Source of the DNA: Eledone cirrhosa
Taxonomy: Eukaryota
Length of the DNA: 64,000 nucleotides
Direction: 5' to 3'
NCBI GenBank assembly: GCA_964016885.1
Contig: OZ024742.1
Location: forward strand, 324,880,001-324,944,000
Under the pieces are notes generated by a model. That model searched no databases, was not told where the DNA came from, and worked only from the letters and a program-made list of their open reading frames with translations. Below, piece after piece: positions 57,724 to 64,000 of this stretch. Position 1 is the stretch's first letter. Each line of letters starts with the position of its first letter. Made by a program: the position numbers and the translations under genes.

Positions 57724-57728
<5 letters not shown>
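56968..57728. mobile_element. Fold-back of PLE family A 3' ends (arms about 56968-57298 / 57341-57663, plus tail)
   Basis: Reverse-complement arms include the GIY-YIG stop region (HNYKAPD*) and HHRs at 57001-57040 (-) and 57590-57629 (+). Confidence 0.88.
57590..57629 (+). ncRNA. Minimal type-I hammerhead, U·U at the base of stem II
   Basis: CCGAG-CTGAAGA-TTCGCGAAGGT-GAAA-CAATTG-TT-CTCGG. Confidence 0.75.
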
Positions 57729-57764
<36 letters not shown>

Positions 57765-57768
57765 CATA

Positions 57769-57814
<46 letters not shown>

Positions 57815-57818
57815 CATA

Positions 57819-57864
<46 letters not shown>

Positions 57865-57867
<3 letters not shown>

Positions 57868-58090
57868 CAATTTGCAAACTTGTCTGTCACCACACATTAT
57901 GAACCTGAAGATTGCGAAAGCATGAAAGTACTTGTTCAATTAACACTTAACATTTAATATTCTACCATACTATTTCATTCTAAATTATAAAGGATTGTAA
58001 ATAAAACGAGTAAATCAGACAAAGTTGGAATTCCTTTTATTAATATAATTTTCTATACACAATCATACACACCCGTGTATATTTATCTAT
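57865..58090 (+). mobile_element. PLE-type 3' end with minimal hammerhead at 57900-57938
   Basis: TGAAC-CTGAAGA-T-TGC gaaa GCA-T-GAAA-GTAC-TT-GTTCA. An inverted relative lies at about 60262-60490. Confidence 0.72.
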
Positions 58091-58307
58091 TTTTATATAT
58101 ATATAGATACAAATATAAATTAGCGAGAATCGTATTTCGGCTTAGGAATTAACGAAAAACAACTTCCGAGATGTGTGGCAAGCGCTCAATGATTGAAATG
58201 AACCAGAGCTACAACATGCGTTAAAAACTAAACACACTGACAAGATGGTTAAACAATCATCCGCAAAGCCATAAAAACGACCAAGTAATTCGGGTCAATA
58301 TAATAAT

Positions 58308-58381
<74 letters not shown>

Positions 58382-58385
<4 letters not shown>

Positions 58386-58760
58386 TTAGTTATACTATTT
58401 ATGGTTATGTAAACACAAAACCTTAAGCAGTTGTAAGTATTTTACACACACCCTAAATAGTGGTAGGCAGTAATGTATTACTACCTTATTACCAGTAAGT
58501 TAAGTAGCTCAATGTAAAAACATCAGATGATTTACAGAGCAGTTATATGAAATATAAGAATCAAAGAACTGTTCAAAACATTATTGTGCTTACAGCTGTT
58601 TCCTCCAAACCGAGGTTTGGATTCTTCGGAGCAATTTATTAATGCATGGACAGTTATATGACCTCCTTTTCAGCCGAGAGACATACCAATACATATTCAA
58701 ACATTGATACATATTCAAACATTGTGGGTCAACATTCATTTGATTTTTGATTGTACCTAT
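58382..58760 (-). mobile_element. Third family-D PLE 3' end with HHR at 58587-58633
   Basis: Homologous to 24481-24830; TGCT-CCGAAGA...GAAA-CAGCTG-TA-AGCA. Confidence 0.82.
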
Positions 58761-58800
58761 TAATATAAATGTAATCTCGAAGTGTGTACTGCCACTCTAA

Positions 58801-58864
<64 letters not shown>

Positions 58865-58916
58865 TATATACATATATATATACATATATACATATACATA
58901 TATATATATATATATA

Positions 58917-60190
58917 TTGTTATACTTTGGGAGGGTCATGTTGCCAATAAGAAACACACGCACCAGTTGCTTTCACTTCAATTTATTATATATTTATAAA
59001 TTTACAAATTTATAAATTTATAAATTTCTGGTTGGTTGGTTGGTTCCACAACCAGATAGTTGTTTATATATAGTCCTAGTCCTTGTATAGGAGCAAATTT
59101 TGGAATAGAATAGAAAGAACTAGGAACAAGGCTAATAGAATAATCTCATGGTATGATAGCAATAAATACCAGAGTGTAATGTTCATCGATACAACCCCTA
59201 GAGGCGAACTAGCCTACAAATTTAGAAGGGCCTTAAATAAACATAAACTCAATATTAAGATAGTAGAAAGACCAGGTACCTCCGTAAAAACACTTATTAG
59301 CAAGACATACCCTTTTCAAAGACCCTCATGTATAGATAAGAAATGTATAACCTGTAAAATAAGCCCCCATATTAACTGTAAAACTAGAAATGTAGTGTAT
59401 AGCATAAGATGTACTGAAGGACAATGTAGAAACAAAAATATAGTGTACATAGGTGAGACAGCTCGTAGTATAGGGGAACGGATAAATGAACACTGGCGAG
59501 ACCTTCAAGATAATAAAGAATCATCTGTACTCTACCAACATGCTAAGATAGAACACAAGGGTAAATTAGAGAACATAGAAATAAAAATAGAATCTACACA
59601 CAGAAAAGATGCAATGTTTAGACAAATTACAGAGGCAATAAACATAAAAGAATTACAACCAAAATTAAATAGAAAATATGAGTGGAACAGCAACATCACA
59701 ACTTACAATTAAGGACAAAATGAAAACACACACACACATAGAACAAACAACCAACCAACAACATGTAAATAAATAAATAAATAAATAAACAAATAGATAA
59801 ATGAACATAAACACACACAGACACCCGGATGTGGGGCATGCGCAAACTGAGCACACAACACACACACAGAAACAAAATGGCGTAGGACAGAACAAAGGAG
59901 AGTCACAGAAACAAAGAAAGGAATCCCCAGTCACTGAAGAGGTCACAGAGTGTGTGACGAAAGGACTAGGACTATATATAAACAACTATCTGGTTGTGGA
60001 ACCAACCAACCAACCAGAAATTTATAAATTTATAAATTTGTAAATTTATAAATATATAATAAATTGAAGGGAAAGCATCTGGTGCGTGTGTTTCTTATTG
60101 GCAACATGACCCTCCCAAAGTATAACAATATCGGTTTCAACACACGATTTCAGATAAAGAATCTTGCTAAACAAATTCAGAAACGAAATA
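58917..60190 (+). mobile_element. 5'-truncated PLE (family C, related to B) with inverted 3' end; GIY-YIG ORF 59083-59712; HHR 59929-59973
   Basis: 58917-59084 is the reverse complement of about 59961-60128. NVVYSIRC..YIGETARSIGERINEH..LNRK. HHR AGTCA-CTGAAGA-G-GTCACA gagtg TGTGAC-GAAA-GGAC-TA-GGACT. Confidence 0.9.
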
Positions 60191-60261
60191 TATATATATA
60201 TATATATAGTAATAATAATAAATTTGAAGACTAAAATCCAATATACATATAAATAGATAGA

Positions 60262-60532
60262 TAGATAGATATACACGGGTGTGTATGATTGTGTATAGAA
60301 GATTATATTAATAAGAGGAATTCCAACTTTGTCTGATTTACTCGTTTTATTTACAATCCTTTAAAATTTATAATGGTATTATAATGAAATAGTATGACAG
60401 AATATTAAATGTTAAGTGTTAATTGAACAAGTACTTTCATGCTTTCACAATCTTCAGGTCCATAATGTGTGGTGACAGTCAAGTTTGCAATTTTCAACTT
60501 GAAAATTGCAAACTTCAATGTCACCACACATT
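60262..60532 (-). mobile_element. PLE-type 3' end with HHR (60424-60462) and a terminal palindrome of about 69 bp (60464-60532)
   Basis: Inverted relative of 57865-58090; AATGTGTGGTGACA..AAGTTTGCAATTTTCAA-C-TTGAAAATTGCAAACTT..TGTCACCACACATT. Confidence 0.72.
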
Positions 60533-60893
60533 CATTTAAATTATTGATTTATTGATATTTTATTTGAGTGACCCGAATCTTCCTGGTCGTTCTTTTTCGG
60601 CTGTACGGGTGATTTTAGGCATAATCTCTATGTGTTGGTAATTTAACGATGGTTATAGCTCTGATTTATCCAAATTATTGAGCCCTCTGCCACTCATATC
60701 GGATATTGTTTATCGTTAATTCGTGAGCTGATTTTCCGATACTCGATTATTCTATTATATATATATATATATATGCATATATATAAATATGCATATATAT
60801 AAATGTATATATATATATATATAAACAAGGTTTAGCAAATAATGAAAAAGTTTCAAAATAAATTTTAAAAAATTGACTTTACCTACTATAGTT

Positions 60894-60976
60894 ACCTTTA
60901 CCGATCAGTTTCGAATCCCAAAAATAAACGGAGGCCATACGGCTTTCGTTGCAAAGAAAGATTCTCGTCAGAAGGT
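60894..60976 (-). ncRNA. Type-I hammerhead, diverged relative of 37913-37996
   Basis: ACCTT-CTGACGA-GAATCTT...GGGATTC-GAAA-CTGATCGG-TA-AAGGT. Confidence 0.8.
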
Positions 60977-61677
60977 TCTTTTCATTCGAAGAATATATAT
61001 ATATATATATGCATAGATAAATTCCTACATCTATTCCTAAATCTATTCCTGCTTTGTGTTTAACACACTCTAATTGCTGTCATCGACACATTCTTGAATA
61101 CATCACAATGTTATCGTCTTTACTATCTTGTGTTACATAATTGTAGTCTGTATTTACTTAGGTAAAAACTACGCCTATTCATATCTACTTGATAACATCT
61201 ACACTTTCCACTACGTCTAATATATATTAGTTCAAAGTCGACCGATATCATCAGAGTTTGTATTACATCAATCATATCATATTGCCTTTCTAGAATTTAT
61301 GTTATAACTTTTTATTTTCGCTTTTCTTTTTATTTGTACAATTTTATTATATGTAAATCAATAGCTGGAATGTCTGCCACTTATTTACTATAAAGATAGT
61401 CGTATTATGACGTAGATATGCGTAGTCCTTTAACTTATCTTGAGATGAATCGACGCACACGGACACACACACACACATACACACACACACATATATATAA
61501 TATATATATATATAAATACATATGTATATATATACATATATATATATACATATATATAAGTATATATATATTATATACATATATATATATAGACATATAT
61601 ATATATAGGAAAATGTATGACCCAGACGACAGAGCGCAAGCCGTTTTGACGACTATTTCCTTACCACAACTCGTTCG

Positions 61678-61875
<198 letters not shown>

Positions 61876-61956
61876 CGAAGGAAATGTGGTAACTGAATTC
61901 AGTACAGAATTAGCCGTCGAAACGGCTTGAGCTCAGCCGTCGGGGTCTTACTTGTT

Positions 61957-62014
<58 letters not shown>

Positions 62015-63450
62015 TATACATATATATATACACGCGCGCGTTTTCTTTTTGTGTGTGTGCCTTATGCGTTTACACGTTCTTCTTACATTTTACATTATAT
62101 TTCGAATACGATTGTCAGGTTTTAAAAATTGATCATGCGTTAATGATGTTTGGGGCGAAAAATCACTTTATGAATATATTGCTAGTAACAATTGTAGCTA
62201 TGTTTTATTTGTGTTATTTCCCTCTCTTGTTTCATATAAATTATAATATATTTATCCTTTTATTTTTTTTTCCTGAAAAGAAAAACTTTTGATTTCTGTT
62301 TTTATAATAAACGTCAAGACCTCTGAACATTTCAACATTTTTCAAATTGTTGTTGATTTTATAATAATCAGAGGCGATTTTATTATCAATTTCAAATGTT
62401 TCACGTATTACAACTGCTAATCTAGTTTTTTCAAGCACATTCCTTCATTTGTGTTATATTTTTACAAAATATATTTGGGGCAATTTTTTTTACATCATTT
62501 GGCTTAGTAATTTTTAATGGAAAAATCGTTAAATTCTCATGTTTATTGTTTTCGTTTTTCTGTTTCCATTTGCAATGTTTTAAACTGCCTTCTTTTCAAT
62601 AGCATTCTGCATTTCATGACATTGACAGTAAACACCAATGAACAGCGAAATAGGAAGCATAGCCACACGATATTCCATCAATTATGACGGTTCATTTATA
62701 TTGATGCAAAACGGTGAAAGTACGCAAACACACACACACACATAGACACATATAGACACACAGAGACACACACATACACACAGACACACAAGAAAACAAA
62801 AATGAAATAAATTATTGATCCATCGATCACTTATTCACTTTAAAGAAACTCAATCGTATTCTGAATCCTACTTGCTAAAAATAAAATAAAAAACATACAA
62901 TTTTCTTAAGCCAAGAAAATATAGAAAAAATATGCCAAAATGTATAGATTTAACAAAATAGGAACCAAAATTTGCTGTGTTGATGTGAAGCTATAATTCC
63001 ACGATTTAATTAGTAGATTTTATATTATGTCTTCATTGTGAACATCTGTTGTGTAATATTGTACACCTGAATTAATTCAGATTGATTTAGATAATTTACT
63101 CGTTCTTGTTCACTTGTGTGTTTTGATGATGGAAATGACACTCTCAAAGACTTAGTGTAATGTCGGGTTCTAGAATAGCAATGTTTATTGCTGACTACTG
63201 CTATTTCATTCTTCATTGTTGGAGATTATAACAGAGCAGTATTCGTAACATGTTGAAATATATTGAAATATCTGAAAACAAAATTATTATAATGAATGTG
63301 ATATATGGATGATGGCGGAAGTGAATTATGTACATTTTTCAAATTTCCATATCAATGACCTGTATATGCTTATATATATATATATATACACATACATATA
63401 TATATATATATATACATACATATACATACATACATACATACACACACACA

Positions 63451-63576
<126 letters not shown>

Positions 63577-63613
63577 CATATATCACATATATGTATATAC
63601 ATGTATCTATGTT

Positions 63614-63653
<40 letters not shown>

Positions 63654-64000
63654 CATACACATATATAGTTAGAGCAATAATCAAAGAATGGTTAGAGATA
63701 CATTGTTTTTTTTAGCTAACAGTGTTTCATCCATACCTCATGGCTGGAATCATCAGAGCCTATAAACAACCTCTTTATCATCTCTTGCACCATTTAAGTG
63801 ATAAATATTTGGTGTAATTTTTAATTTTTAATTTTTGATGTAATTTTTAAAGACATTTATCACATTATGTGCATCATGTATTCTGTCTTTTTCCATACAG
63901 CGCTGGCCTCGTGACATTTAACCTTGTTCTGGTGACGTAGCTCGATGGAGCATGCAACTATTGATATACTCTTGTTTATAGGCTCTGATGATTCCTGTCA

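Noticed and set aside
62241-62660. Possible decayed transposase or other coding remnant
   Set aside because: No recognisable motif, so it cannot be assigned without a search.
63025-63271. Possible minus-strand host exon after a TTTTGTTTTCAG acceptor
   Set aside because: There is an in-frame stop upstream of the ORF, the other frames are short, and no protein is recognisable.

Overview
This is an AT-rich, microsatellite-dense eukaryotic region with no supportable host gene. The SINE repertoire and the (TA)n/(CA)n/(TATG)n density suggest a coleoid cephalopod such as Octopus (inference). Most ORFs in the supplied track are microsatellite artefacts. The real content is mobile DNA: several families of Penelope-like elements (PLEs; RT plus GIY-YIG), a near-full-length decayed Helitron, a deleted mariner, RTE, R4-like and L1/Tx1-like LINE remnants, a bipartite non-autonomous RTE derivative in head-to-tail arrays, and many tRNA-derived SINEs. 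The main hidden structure is that PLE inserts from at least five families sit in (TA)n tracts as tail-to-tail fold-backs ranging from about 4.8 kb to about 50 bp. Their 3' ends carry at least 15 readable minimal type-I hammerhead ribozyme (HHR) motifs with family-specific non-canonical cores: CCGAnGA (U4C), a U·U or A·G mismatch at 10.1/11.1, an extra nucleotide after A9, or a pseudoknotted long stem II. Several of these show compensatory changes. All structures were read by eye; no alignment or folding was run.
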